DNA of 64,000 nucleotides, taken from positions 34,357 through 98,356 of the forward strand of contig JAKFYB010000005.1 of assembly GCA_021731085.1 (NCBI GenBank), written 5' to 3'. Both the position numbers and the translations under genes were made by a program. How positions within the stretch are numbered: the first letter of the stretch is position 1; each line of letters opens with the position of its first letter. This DNA comes from Dehalococcoidia bacterium (lineage in GTDB: Bacteria > Chloroflexota > Dehalococcoidia > DSTF01 > JACRBR01). The notes beneath the pieces are model-generated. The model worked only from the letters and a program-made list of their open reading frames with translations, did not search any database and was not told where the DNA came from. Below are positions 10,371 through 20,630 of the stretch, piece by piece.

Positions 10371-11210
10371 CTACACCTTGAGCGTCAGCCCCTCTTGTCC
10401 AGGGATCAGCGGCACATCGATCTCACCGCATTCCAACTCCGCGTCGGCATGGAACTGATCGAGCTGAGCATCCGTGTGCGCAGGATCGTGATGGAACGTC
10501 ACCAGGCGTCCGACCGCAGCCGCCTTCGCCAGAATCAGAGTGTGGCTCAGGGCGCTGTGCCCCCAGCCGATCTTCCCTTCGTATTCGTCGTTCGTGTACT
10601 GCGCGTCGTGGATGAGCACGTCGGCACCTTCAGCGAGCTTGAAGCCGGACGTCCACTCCTTCTCCGGCTGGAAGCTGCGGAACCCGAGCGCCGGTTCGTG
10701 GTCCGGCATGTACGCCAGCGTCCGGCCGCCTTCCGTGATGCGATAACCAAGGGTTGGGCCGGGGTGGCAAATCAGATCGGCTTCGACACTGAGCGACCCG
10801 ACCTCGAAGTTGCCCAGCGGCGTGTTGTGCAGCGTGAGCTTGCACGGAAGGTCGCGCAGCAGCACCGGGAACAGCGGCGGCGAAAGGTAGCGAGCCAGCC
10901 GCTCCCGCATGTCGAGCGTAGTCGATGCGGGCCCCCAGATGTGCACGTCGAGGTCGGGCGTGAACAGCGGCGCGAAGAACCCGAGCCCCTGTATGTGGTC
11001 CATGTGCAGATGCGAAAGCAGCAGGTCGACGCGAGTGATCTCGGGCCCTACCGTCTCGCCAAGCGCGCGCACGCCGCTGCCTGCATCGAGGACGGTGACC
11101 CAGCCCTCCTGCGCTTGCACTTCAACGCAGGACGTGTTCCCGCCGTAGCGCACGAAATCATGGCCCGCACTGGGCACCGACCCGCGTGTCCCCCACAACT
11201 TCACGTTCAT
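10371..11210 (-). CDS. Metallo-beta-lactamase-fold hydrolase (GTRGS family, phosphodiesterase-like)
   Basis: WGTRGS, YGGNTSC, SHLHMDHIQG, HDAQY, FHHDP. Confidence 0.9.
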   Translation of the reverse strand: MNVKLWGTRGSVPSAGHDFVRYGGNTSCVEVQAQEGWVTVLDAGSGVRALGETVGPEITRVDLLLSHLHMDHIQGLGFFAPLFTPDLDVHIWGPASTTLDMRERLARYLSPPLFPVLLRDLPCKLTLHNTPLGNFEVGSLSVEADLICHPGPTLGYRITEGGRTLAYMPDHEPALGFRSFQPEKEWTSGFKLAEGADVLIHDAQYTNDEYEGKIGWGHSALSHTLILAKAAAVGRLVTFHHDPAHTDAQLDQFHADAELECGEIDVPLIPGQEGLTLKV

Positions 11211-11602
11211 GACGCCGCGATCTCCCAGAACAGCACCGCCGCGCCCAACACCCGCCCGCCTTGCCCTTCGACTGGAAACGCCGTCACATCGACGCGCATC
11301 CATGGCTTCCCGAATCCTCGCATCTTTACCTTGCCATGGGTGGGACGGCCCTCGAACAGAGCTACGGCCAACGGAAGCTCGTTTGGAGGCATTGGATTCC
11401 CGTCCTGGTCGCAAATCTCGAACAGGCCACCTACTTCCGCCAGGGAGATCTCTCCTGCCTCGTCGAAGCGTCGTCCAAGTACACCTTCGGCAGGTTCGTT
11501 GTAGTAGATGAGGTTACCTTCGGCATCGGCCACCCAGATGGGCACGGCCAGATAGCTTGCGAGCTGGCGGAGGAGGATCAGTTCAAGTGGCTGCTGTGCC
11601 AT
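11207..11602 (-). CDS. Stand-alone PAS-domain protein
   Basis: IWVADAEGNLIYYNEPAEGVLG; overlaps the start of the MBL gene. Confidence 0.8.
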   Translation of the reverse strand: MAQQPLELILLRQLASYLAVPIWVADAEGNLIYYNEPAEGVLGRRFDEAGEISLAEVGGLFEICDQDGNPMPPNELPLAVALFEGRPTHGKVKMRGFGKPWMRVDVTAFPVEGQGGRVLGAAVLFWEIAAS

Positions 11603-11710
11603 GACGGTCTCCGTTGCGGCCGGTTGAGGGCCGTCCGGCTAGCGTATGCCGGACGCCCGCATGGATCAACGGCTGCCCCCAGAAACCGGCACGGCTATAA
11701 TGCCCCACCC

Positions 11711-12751
11711 ATGCCAAACGACGCCGTCACACAACTACGCACCGAGGCGCGGAAAGCGCTGGACGCCGCACCAGATCAAGGCGCGCTTGATGCATGGCGT
11801 GTCGACTTCCTCGGCCGCAAGGGGCGGCTTACTGGCGTTCTACGGGGACTCGCCGATCTCTCGATCGAAGAGAAGAAGACGGTCGGCGCAGCCGCCAATG
11901 CACTCAAGCTCGAACTGGAGGAAGCGTTCGACGCACGCGCGGATACTCTGCGTCTCGCGTCGCTCACGAAGTCGATCGAGACCGGTAGGCTCGACGTCAC
12001 GCTGCCCGAGCGGCCGCATTTGCAGGGCGGTTTGCATCCCGTCACGCAACTCTCGCGCAAGATCCTTGATGCATTTCGCTCGATGGGCTTCTCGATCATC
12101 GAGGGCCCGGAGGTCGAACTCGACCACTACAACTTTGAGGGACTGCGCATCCCCGCCGACCATCCGGCGCGCGACATGTGGGACACCTTCTGGGTCGACG
12201 AGGAAGTTGATGGCCGGCGGTCGATCCTTATGCGTACGCACACATCGCCGATGCAGATCCGCTTCATGGAAGAGCACAAGCCGCCCATCCGCATCGCCGT
12301 GCCGGGCCGCGCCTACCGCTTCGAGGCGACAGACACGACACACGAGTGGATGATGACCCAGGTCGAGATCCTCGCCGTGGACGAGGGCCTGAACATGGGG
12401 CACCTGAAGGGCACCCTGCTCGACCTTTTCCGGCGACTCTTCGGGCAGGAGCGGCAGATTCGCCTGCAAGCGTCGTACTTCCCGTTCGTCGAGCCCGGCG
12501 CCGAAGTCGCGATGGACTGTTATGTCTGCAATGGCAAGGGCTGTCAGTCCTGCCACGGCAGCGGCTGGATCGAGATGCTGGGCGCCGGCATGGTCCACCC
12601 CGAGATCCTCGACAGCATGGGCATCGACTCTCGGAAGTACACCGGCTTCGCGGCGGGCATGGGCCTCGAGCGGCTCGCGATGCAGTACTACGGCGTCCCC
12701 GACATCCGCTGGTGGTATCAGAACGATCTTCGCCTGCTGAACCAGTTTTGA
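11711..12751 (+). CDS. pheS: Phenylalanine--tRNA ligase alpha subunit
   Basis: HPARDMWDTF, RTHTSP, YFPFVEP, GFAAGMGLERL. Confidence 0.98.
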   Translation: MPNDAVTQLRTEARKALDAAPDQGALDAWRVDFLGRKGRLTGVLRGLADLSIEEKKTVGAAANALKLELEEAFDARADTLRLASLTKSIETGRLDVTLPERPHLQGGLHPVTQLSRKILDAFRSMGFSIIEGPEVELDHYNFEGLRIPADHPARDMWDTFWVDEEVDGRRSILMRTHTSPMQIRFMEEHKPPIRIAVPGRAYRFEATDTTHEWMMTQVEILAVDEGLNMGHLKGTLLDLFRRLFGQERQIRLQASYFPFVEPGAEVAMDCYVCNGKGCQSCHGSGWIEMLGAGMVHPEILDSMGIDSRKYTGFAAGMGLERLAMQYYGVPDIRWWYQNDLRLLNQF

Positions 12752-12796
12752 TCACGAGAATCTAGAACCAAGAATCAAGCACCTGGGTTTTGTTCG

Positions 12797-15241
12797 ATGC
12801 GCGTTTCATTGAAGTGGCTCTCCGAATACGTCGACCTCAAGCTTCCGCCTGAGGAACTTGCGCACAAGCTCACGCAGGCTGGACTCGCCGTCGATGCGAT
12901 CGTGCGCACAGGAGCAGACTGGGGCGATGAGATCCGCGTCGGCGAAGTAAAGACTGTCGAGCCTCACCCCAACGCCGACCGCCTACGACTCGCGACGGTC
13001 GCGCTTGGCGGCGATGACACGCGGCGCGTCGTCTGCGGCGCACCCAACCTAGCCGTCGGCCAGCGCATCGCATTCGGTGCGATCGGCGCCAAGTATCGCG
13101 ACGGGCACAACGGCAAGTACGGCACGCTCAAGGCCGGCGTCATCCGCGGTGTCGAATCGGCGGGCATGGTGATGAGCGAGTATGAGCTCGGCCTCTCCGA
13201 AGACCATGAAGGCATCCTCGAACTGCCTGCGGACGCGCCCGTCGGGCAGAAGCTCGCGGACGTCCTCGGCGATGTCATCTTCGAGCTGTCGGTGACGCCC
13301 AACCGCCCCGACTGGCTTTCCGTCCTCGGCATCGCTCGCGAGGTAGCAGCACTCACCGGCGAGACCGTCCGCGAACCATCGCTGGAATTCGAGGCCGCCG
13401 GGCCCGCAATCAAAGGGAAGTGCGCTGTCGCGATCAAGGACCCCGACCTGTGCGGCCGCTACATCGCGACAGTCGTCTCGGGCGTGAAAATCGGGCCATC
13501 GCCGCAGTGGATGCAGGAGCGCCTGATCGCGCTGGGCCAGCGCCCGATCAGCAACATCGTCGACATCACGAACTACGTGATGCTCGAGATGGGTCAGCCG
13601 TTGCACGCGTTCGACTACGACACGATCGCGGGGCACCACATCATTGTCCGACGCGGCCGCTCCGGCGAGGCGTTCAAGACGTTGGATGGCGAAGAGCGCG
13701 AGTTGACCGACGACATGCTCGCTATCACGGACGAGTCCGGGCCTGTCGCGTTGGCCGGCGTGATCGGCGGCCTCGACACCGAGGTGACGGCGAAGACGAA
13801 GAACATTCTGCTGGAAGCGGCGTCGTTCAACGGCCCGAACGTCCGCCGCACCAGCACAGCCCTCAAGGCCCGAAGCGAAGCTTCGACGCGCTTCGAGAAG
13901 GGCCTGCCACCGGAACTGCCGGCGCTCGCGTCCAAGCGCGCGACGAAGCTACTCGTCGAACTCTGCGGCGGTACGGCCATGCAGGGCGCGGTGGACGTGT
14001 ATCCCGGCAAGCAACGCGAAGCGCGCGTCGAAGTCACGCGAAACCGCATCGTGCAGGTCCTTGGCATCGACCCGCCGACGGCCAAGGTGCGCCAGGTGCT
14101 GACCGGCCTCGGGTTCTCCGCCCGCTGGGTGCCACCGGACCGCTACGTCGTACGCGTGCCCTACTGGCGGCCGGACGTGCGCATCGATGACGACGTGTGC
14201 GAAGAGATCGCCCGCATCATCGGCTACGACCAGATCCCCGCACTCCCGCTTTCGGCAGCGATACCTGCACCCGTCGTCCAGCCACGGCGCGAACTTCGCG
14301 AGCGCGCACGCGATCTGCTCGCCGCTGCCGGCATGCGCGAGACGATCTCGTACGCAATGACGACGATGGAGATCCTCGAGCGCGTCATACCGAAGGAAAC
14401 GCTCGCCATCTACCCGCCGTTCAAGCTCGTTAATCCGCTGACGTCGGACCACGAGTACCTGCGACCGACCCTGCGCGCGAGCCTGCTGATGACGCTCGCG
14501 TACAACGCGCGCTTCCAGAAAGGCCAGATCGCGATCTACGAGACGGCGAAGACGTACGAGCGCCCCGACGAACGCAAGCGCGTGCAGGGCCGCCCCCACG
14601 GCGAAGAGGCTCTGCCCGTCGAGCGCGAGGTTGCATGCGGGGTCGTCAGTGGCCGCCGCGCCGATCGCTGGGGCCGCCCATCGGATGAGGACGTCGACTT
14701 CTTCGACGCGAAGGCGTTCGTCGAGGATCTGTTGCGCGGCGTCAACGTGACTGCGGAGTACGTCGCCGCCGACGAGTTCGCGATGCTGCCCGGACGGACG
14801 GCCGAGATTCGCGTAGGCGGCGTGCGCATCGGCGTGATCGGGCAGGTGCATCCGGATGTAGCAACGGCGTTCGAGGTCGAGCAGGACGCGTTCTTATTCG
14901 AAATCGTCCTCGACGACCTGCTGATGCACGTCGGAGACCAACGAAAGGCCGGGAGCATCTCGCGCTTTCCCGCGGTCGAGCAGGATCTCGCGCTCATTGT
15001 CGACGACGAGACGACGGCTGGCGCGCTGCAAAACGTCATCGAAGCCGCCTCGCTCGTCCGCGCAGCGCGCGTGTTCGACGTCTACGTCGGCGACCAGGTA
15101 CCCGCGGGGAAGAAGTCGATCGCCTTCTCCGTCGTCTACCAGTCAGACGAGAAGACCCTCACTGACGACGATGTCGCGAAGGCACAACGGAAGATCCTCG
15201 AACGCCTGCGCCGCGAGTTCAACGCAGAGCTCCGCGCGTAG
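12797..15241 (+). CDS. pheT: Phenylalanine--tRNA ligase beta subunit
   Basis: MRVSLKWL, HPNADRL, VVCGAPN, TPNRPD, C-terminal anticodon-binding domain. Confidence 0.98.
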   Translation: MRVSLKWLSEYVDLKLPPEELAHKLTQAGLAVDAIVRTGADWGDEIRVGEVKTVEPHPNADRLRLATVALGGDDTRRVVCGAPNLAVGQRIAFGAIGAKYRDGHNGKYGTLKAGVIRGVESAGMVMSEYELGLSEDHEGILELPADAPVGQKLADVLGDVIFELSVTPNRPDWLSVLGIAREVAALTGETVREPSLEFEAAGPAIKGKCAVAIKDPDLCGRYIATVVSGVKIGPSPQWMQERLIALGQRPISNIVDITNYVMLEMGQPLHAFDYDTIAGHHIIVRRGRSGEAFKTLDGEERELTDDMLAITDESGPVALAGVIGGLDTEVTAKTKNILLEAASFNGPNVRRTSTALKARSEASTRFEKGLPPELPALASKRATKLLVELCGGTAMQGAVDVYPGKQREARVEVTRNRIVQVLGIDPPTAKVRQVLTGLGFSARWVPPDRYVVRVPYWRPDVRIDDDVCEEIARIIGYDQIPALPLSAAIPAPVVQPRRELRERARDLLAAAGMRETISYAMTTMEILERVIPKETLAIYPPFKLVNPLTSDHEYLRPTLRASLLMTLAYNARFQKGQIAIYETAKTYERPDERKRVQGRPHGEEALPVEREVACGVVSGRRADRWGRPSDEDVDFFDAKAFVEDLLRGVNVTAEYVAADEFAMLPGRTAEIRVGGVRIGVIGQVHPDVATAFEVEQDAFLFEIVLDDLLMHVGDQRKAGSISRFPAVEQDLALIVDDETTAGALQNVIEAASLVRAARVFDVYVGDQVPAGKKSIAFSVVYQSDEKTLTDDDVAKAQRKILERLRREFNAELRA

Positions 15242-15507
15242 GGCGCTGCCCTCCCTAAGACCGGCTCGAAACCAAGGCTGTACGCCGCAGTCGACAGCCG
15301 AGGCGGCTGTCGCTACGCGTGAACGTCGCTGATTCAACCTGTTCGTTAACCCCTCGTAACGCTGCGTTCATCGCGCACGCCTATTGTGAAGGAGGGAACT
15401 GTCCGCATGCAGGGCCGAACATGCGGCGATCCCCCGATATCACCGCGCTTTACGACGAGCGTACGATGGCTTCGTCCAAAGGCGGAGGAAAGCTGGAGGA
15501 AAGTCAC

Positions 15508-16221
15508 ATGGCCACAATCGCCACCGCGCTCTCACCGCAGAAGCCGGCGCAACCGCACGCATGGCAGACACAGATCTGGGCGACGACGCTGCGCCGGGCA
15601 GGACGCCCCTGGGTGATGTCGCGCCATATCAACCACTTCTGCGACCCCCTCACGATGGAGGGACGCGAGCATCTCGATGTCGTGCGCGGCCCGATCATCG
15701 TCATGCCGAACCACAGCTCGCACATGGACACGCCCGTCGCACTGTCGATGCTGCCCGAGCGCATCCGCTCAAAGACGTACGTCGGCGCCGCCGCCGACAG
15801 GTTCTACCGGCCGGGCAAGCGCACGTGGTGGTTCTCGCTGTTCTACGGCACATTCCCCATCCACCGAGGCGGAGGCAGCGCGACGCTGGAGTACGCGTCG
15901 AAGCTGCTCAACAGCGGCGCGTCGGTGCTGCTCTTCCCGGAGGGCACACGCTCCGTCGATGGCGAGATGGCGCGATTCCACCACGGCGTCAGCATGATGG
16001 CGATGAAGCACGACATCCCGGTGCTCCCGATCTACATGGAAGGCCTGCGCAACGTCATGCCGAAGGGCCAGCGCGAGCCGCAGCCAGCCGCCGTCCACGT
16101 CCGCATCGGCGCGCCCGTATCGCTCGCGACAGCGTCGTCGGTGCCCGCGGGCACGTCGATGCTCGAAGAGGCGATGTGTGAGTTGGCAGGGATTCCGTTG
16201 GCGGCGGCCGTCGCGGCTTAA
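15508..16221 (+). CDS. Lysophospholipid (PlsC-family) acyltransferase
   Basis: NHSSHMD, FPEGTRS. Confidence 0.9.
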   Translation: MATIATALSPQKPAQPHAWQTQIWATTLRRAGRPWVMSRHINHFCDPLTMEGREHLDVVRGPIIVMPNHSSHMDTPVALSMLPERIRSKTYVGAAADRFYRPGKRTWWFSLFYGTFPIHRGGGSATLEYASKLLNSGASVLLFPEGTRSVDGEMARFHHGVSMMAMKHDIPVLPIYMEGLRNVMPKGQREPQPAAVHVRIGAPVSLATASSVPAGTSMLEEAMCELAGIPLAAAVAA

Positions 16222-16262
16222 CGGACACAATCGCGCGCGAAAGGGCGCGGCAAGCAGCGCCC

Positions 16263-17177
16263 CTACGACGCACCTTGTCTCCCGAACGCTGCGGTGCGTG
16301 ACATCGAGGCGATGATCCAGAGCGACTCAGCGACAGCGTACGTGATGCCGTCCTCGCCGACGAGCGCCGACAGCCCGAAGAACTTGCGCCCATCACGCCG
16401 CAGCGCTTTCGCGACGACCCGATACTGCATCGCAGCCGGCGCGACACGAAGGTAGTGCGCGTCCATCGATCCGAGCAGGAAGAACTGATCCTGTTCGAGC
16501 AGGTCGCGCTGCATGGCGATCGGCATGCAGATGCCGCTGCTACAGTCGATGGCTGACGTCAGAACGGGTGTCGAGAGCGTGCCATCGCCGTTGTCGAAGT
16601 CGGAGGCAGATGTCCAGGGCGCGCACGTCACGCCGTCCGCGACGACGCGCGGGTAGATGTGCAGTCCGGCGGCGTTGTCGTAGCCGCATGAGAAGCAGCC
16701 CGGTATCGGGTGGTCGCCCGTCGCGACGTACCAGGGCTCGACATCAGGCACGGGCGTCGCGGCGAGCTGCGCAACATCCGCCGCGATGTGCTCCGGGATC
16801 GCCGCCAGCGTGTCGCCCCGCGCCGACGGTCGATCGAGCACGCGGATATCGGCCGTTGCGGTGATGATCTCCGTGTCGCTATCGCGCACCGAAACGGCGT
16901 ACCCACCCTCGTCCGCTGGCCACACCTCAACGGCGAGATCGCGTTCGACCGGCACACCTGCCCGCAGCCGCGCATTGATCCGCGTCACGGCCGCGTGCTC
17001 GATGCCATCGCGCGCGGCGGCATGCAACACCGGGCACGCGAGCATCCCCGTCGCCATGCCGCCGTTCACGTTCGTCGGAGGGCCAACGAAGCGCGCGGGG
17101 ACGCGCAGGAGGCGACCGTCGTCGTAGGACAGCCGTTGTGGGTTCGAGGCGGCGCAGGCGTAGCAAGAGTGGGGCAT
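16263..17177 (-). CDS. Double hot-dog-fold thioesterase-like protein
   Basis: Two repeats of CxxCG/A..N..xL followed by hot-dog motifs (FVGPPTNVNGG; TSAIDC). Confidence 0.65.
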   Translation of the reverse strand: MPHSCYACAASNPQRLSYDDGRLLRVPARFVGPPTNVNGGMATGMLACPVLHAAARDGIEHAAVTRINARLRAGVPVERDLAVEVWPADEGGYAVSVRDSDTEIITATADIRVLDRPSARGDTLAAIPEHIAADVAQLAATPVPDVEPWYVATGDHPIPGCFSCGYDNAAGLHIYPRVVADGVTCAPWTSASDFDNGDGTLSTPVLTSAIDCSSGICMPIAMQRDLLEQDQFFLLGSMDAHYLRVAPAAMQYRVVAKALRRDGRKFFGLSALVGEDGITYAVAESLWIIASMSRTAAFGRQGAS

Positions 17178-17230
17178 GACTGTGATTGTGGGATACTCAC
17201 CCCAGCGAGCAAGCGCGTCAGGACTTCACG

Positions 17231-17689
17231 ATGGATGACGCCCCAACTGCAGCCCACGATCAGGACAACGCGACAGCCCGCGCCGTCGCGCTCTTCGGCG
17301 TGAAGAGCGTGCACTCCGTCGCGTTCTTCATCATCCAGACCGCCATCCTGTACCTGCTCTACGCCGGGATGCGCGGACGGAGCGACCGGACGGCGGCGCT
17401 AGCGGCGGGGATCGCGCTCGGCGAGTCGGCGATCTACGCCGGCAACGGATTCCGCTGTCCCCTGACGGGTGTAGCCGAGCGTCTGGGCGCCGAAAGCGGC
17501 GCAATCACGGACATCTTTCTGCCGAAGTGGCTCGCCCGGAACGTCGCCAACATCTACGTCCCGTTGCTCCTCATCGCCATCGCCCTCCACGCCCGCAACG
17601 TGCTTCCACGACGCCAGGCAACGCACGATGAGCCCGCCGTCGAAGCAGGATCGGTGCTTGCGACGGATCCTCAAGACGGAATCCGTTGA
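17231..17689 (+). CDS. Small membrane protein with a CPLT motif
   Basis: Three hydrophobic segments; NGFRCPLTGVAER. Confidence 0.65.
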   Translation: MDDAPTAAHDQDNATARAVALFGVKSVHSVAFFIIQTAILYLLYAGMRGRSDRTAALAAGIALGESAIYAGNGFRCPLTGVAERLGAESGAITDIFLPKWLARNVANIYVPLLLIAIALHARNVLPRRQATHDEPAVEAGSVLATDPQDGIR

Positions 17690-17733
17690 CAGCCACCACC
17701 GTCGGTGGTAAGTTAGTGTCATAGTGACACTAA
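17686..17733 (+). promoter_or_regulatory. nadA promoter with overlapping NrtR-type operator
   Basis: TTGACA(17686)-N17-TAAGTT with extended TG; 21-bp palindrome TTAGTGTCA-TAG-TGACACTAA (17713-17733) with GT-N7-AC core. Confidence 0.8.
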
Positions 17734-17772
17734 GTCCGCCTCTCCCGCGGACGTCACGAACGGAGGCGCAGG

Positions 17773-18978
17773 ATGACGGCCACCCTGATCCCACTCAAGG
17801 ACAAGACCCCGCGCGGCGGCATCGCCTGCGAGAGCGACAGCATCGAGACGGTGCCGCTGACCGAGGAGCGCTCCTTCGCCTACTGGCAGAAGGACATCCC
17901 CGAGGCTTACTGGTCGCTCACCGCCGACGAGATCACCGAACGCATCCGTGTCGCTCGCGCGAAGCTCGGGACACGCCTCGTCGTGCTCGGCCATCACTAC
18001 CAGCGCGAGGACATCATCCAGTTCGCCGACTTTCGCGGCGACAGCTTCAAGCTCGCACAGTGGGCGGCCGAGAAGCCGGAGGCGGAGTACATCGTCTTCT
18101 GCGGCGTGCACTTCATGGCGGAGGCGGCCGACATCCTCAGCGCGCCGCACCAGAAGGTGGTGCTGCCGAACATGGCCGCCGGATGCAGCATGTCCGACAT
18201 GGCCGACCCCGACGACGTCTACAACGCCTGGGCCGAGCTCGAGGAGTTGGGCATCGCGCAGGACACGCTGCCCATCACGTACATGAACTCAGCCGCCGCG
18301 CTCAAGGCGTTTGTCGGCGAGAAGGGCGGCGCCGTCTGCACCAGCAGCAACGCCGCAAAGGTCATGGAGTGGGCTTATGCCCAGAAGAAGCGCGTGCTCT
18401 TCTTCCCCGACCAGCACCTCGGCCGCAACACCGGCTATTCGATGGGCATCCCGCTCGAGCAGATGGTGCTCTGGGGCTGGGCGCGGCCGTACGGCTCGAT
18501 GGGCGGCCACACGCTTCAGGAACTTCAGGACTCGCGCGTAATCCTCTGGGCGGGGCACTGCTCCGTACACCAACGCTTTACGCCGCAGCAGATCGACGAG
18601 GCGCGCGCCAAGCACCCGGGCCTGCAGGTCATCGTCCACCCGGAGTGCCGGTTCGAGACCGTGCAGGCCGCCGACCTCAACGGCTCGACGGAGTTCATCG
18701 CGAAGACCATCGCGGCCGCACCGGCTGGATCAACATGGGCGATCGGCACCGAGATCAACCTCGTCGCCCGGCTCGCGAAGGAGAACCCCGACAAGACCGT
18801 CTTCTGCCTCGACCCTGTCGTCTGCCCTTGCTCGACGATGTACCGCGTCCACCCCGCCTACCTCGCGTGGACGATCGAGTCGCTCGCCGAAGGCCACGTC
18901 GTGAACCAGGTGCTCGTGCCAGAGAACATCGCCGCGAACGCGAAGTTGGCGCTCGACCGCATGCTGGCGATCAAGTAG
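17773..18978 (+). CDS. nadA: Quinolinate synthase
   Basis: LGHHYQ, GDSFKLA, FCGVHFMAE, AGCSMS, HCSVH, VHPEC. Confidence 0.97.
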   Translation: MTATLIPLKDKTPRGGIACESDSIETVPLTEERSFAYWQKDIPEAYWSLTADEITERIRVARAKLGTRLVVLGHHYQREDIIQFADFRGDSFKLAQWAAEKPEAEYIVFCGVHFMAEAADILSAPHQKVVLPNMAAGCSMSDMADPDDVYNAWAELEELGIAQDTLPITYMNSAAALKAFVGEKGGAVCTSSNAAKVMEWAYAQKKRVLFFPDQHLGRNTGYSMGIPLEQMVLWGWARPYGSMGGHTLQELQDSRVILWAGHCSVHQRFTPQQIDEARAKHPGLQVIVHPECRFETVQAADLNGSTEFIAKTIAAAPAGSTWAIGTEINLVARLAKENPDKTVFCLDPVVCPCSTMYRVHPAYLAWTIESLAEGHVVNQVLVPENIAANAKLALDRMLAIK

Positions 18979-18985
18979 CGTCGTT

Positions 18986-19453
18986 TTGGAGCCGCCTCTC
19001 ATCTATTCCAGGCTCCGAAAGGGAACGCGACTTCGGATTGAGTCCGACTATGCAACGCACGCTCTGACGTCTTGGACAGCTCCATATACCGGCAGTGAAA
19101 GCTGCGTCGTTCCACGGGGAACAGTTGTCGAGATCTGTCACGACGTGCGTACGCCACAATGGGAAACGCGTTACGAACGCATAAGCGAGCCCAAGGATGA
19201 ACCAGGACTCAAGACTGTGTATCCGTGGGCGCTTGAACTATTGGAACTTCGCGCAGAAGTGGAGCAACACCCTGAACGTTGGGCCGGGGTTTCTGAGTGG
19301 GTGCCAAGTGGCGTTGCTTGTACGCCGATTGATTACGAAGCCTTCGAACGGATTCTCATCCCATTGGAGACGCGGTCCAGCCCAAAGTACGACGGGTACA
19401 GACTCTCGATCCCGGTCGCTGACATCGGCATCAAGCTTTCCTTCGTCGAATGA
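18986..19453 (+). CDS. Hypothetical protein
   Basis: 155-aa ORF filling the gap between nadA and the tRNA; start uncertain. Confidence 0.5.
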   Translation: MEPPLIYSRLRKGTRLRIESDYATHALTSWTAPYTGSESCVVPRGTVVEICHDVRTPQWETRYERISEPKDEPGLKTVYPWALELLELRAEVEQHPERWAGVSEWVPSGVACTPIDYEAFERILIPLETRSSPKYDGYRLSIPVADIGIKLSFVE

Positions 19454-19500
19454 TGTGATTTCGTACTGCACGGACTCGTGCTAAACTCAACCATCCTCGT

Positions 19501-19578
<78 letters not shown>

Positions 19579-19666
19579 AAGTAATTATCCGGTCGCCGCT
19601 GAATCTACAACATGTAGAGGAGGCGGCGATTCGTGCGTTTAGGGACGTACTAGTTTGGAGGCTAGA

Positions 19667-20629
19667 ATGGCTAAAATTGGAACTACGATGATCGAAACGC
19701 AGAGCCTCACTAGGTCGCAGGATCGTGAGGACATCAGGGACTTCCGTCACCACGTCACCGCGAAGGGTAGATCGCCCAAGACTCTCCGCACCTATGGCCA
19801 GGCAGCGGAAGCACTCGCCCTGTTCCTGTCCGAACGCGGAATGCCGGACCTGGAAAACGCCAAGCGCGAGCACGTCGAAGACTACATCGCCTCGATGTGG
19901 GAGAAGGGCAACAAGCCAGCCACGGTTCGCAACCGCTACGCCGGGTTATGTGCCCTGTTCAAGTGGATGCAAATATCCGACATCCGACGGGATAACCCGA
20001 TGGAGCGCATCACGCCTCCAACCGTGCCGGAGCAGGTGCAGCCGGACTATACGCTCGACCAGATCCGCATCCTGCTCGATAGCATCCCCACGAAAACACT
20101 TCTTGATCTGCGCGATCGCGCCATAGTGGCGCTGCTCATCGATACCGGCTTGCGTTGTCAGGAACTCTGCGACATCAACATTGAGGACATCGACCGAGAC
20201 GCGCGCCGCATTCACATTCGAGCTGGCAAGGGTGGTAAAGGGCGCTTGGTCGGATACAGCCACGACTCGGCTATGGTCGTAAACCGCTACATCCGCAAGC
20301 GCGGCGGCTGGGACATGCATGACCCGAAGGAGCCACTGTTGGCAGGTCGCGATGGGGCTGCGATGTCGCCCAACAGCGTGCGCTTGACCATGCTTCGCCG
20401 ATTCGAGACAGCCGGTCTCGAATTCCACGGCACCCACGGTTTCAGGCGCGGATGGGGACAGGCGTATCTGGATGCTGGCGGCGATCCAATGGACCTCAAG
20501 CAGTTGGCAGGATGGTCGTCGCTAACCATGTTGAACCGCTACGTGAAACGCACAGCACAGGAACGGGCGCTCCGCAACGTGGACCAGTTCTCTCCAATGA
20601 CGCGCGTCACGGCACAAACCACGAAATGA
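19667..20629 (+). CDS. Tyrosine recombinase/integrase
   Basis: DTGLRCQEL (R), GKGGK (K), HGFRR (HxxR), LAGW, NRY (Y); N-terminal SAM-like domain. Confidence 0.95.
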   Translation: MAKIGTTMIETQSLTRSQDREDIRDFRHHVTAKGRSPKTLRTYGQAAEALALFLSERGMPDLENAKREHVEDYIASMWEKGNKPATVRNRYAGLCALFKWMQISDIRRDNPMERITPPTVPEQVQPDYTLDQIRILLDSIPTKTLLDLRDRAIVALLIDTGLRCQELCDINIEDIDRDARRIHIRAGKGGKGRLVGYSHDSAMVVNRYIRKRGGWDMHDPKEPLLAGRDGAAMSPNSVRLTMLRRFETAGLEFHGTHGFRRGWGQAYLDAGGDPMDLKQLAGWSSLTMLNRYVKRTAQERALRNVDQFSPMTRVTAQTTK

Positions 20630-20630
20630 C

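Noticed and set aside
10395-11504. 369-aa plus-strand ORF, and similar long overlapping ORFs elsewhere (e.g. 39009-40157, 47894-49327, 17724-19067)
   Set aside because: High-GC shadow frames overlapping well-supported genes; no motifs.
12516-12570. CxxCxxxxCxxC insert in PheS as a novelty
   Set aside because: This Zn-binding insert is common in bacterial PheS.
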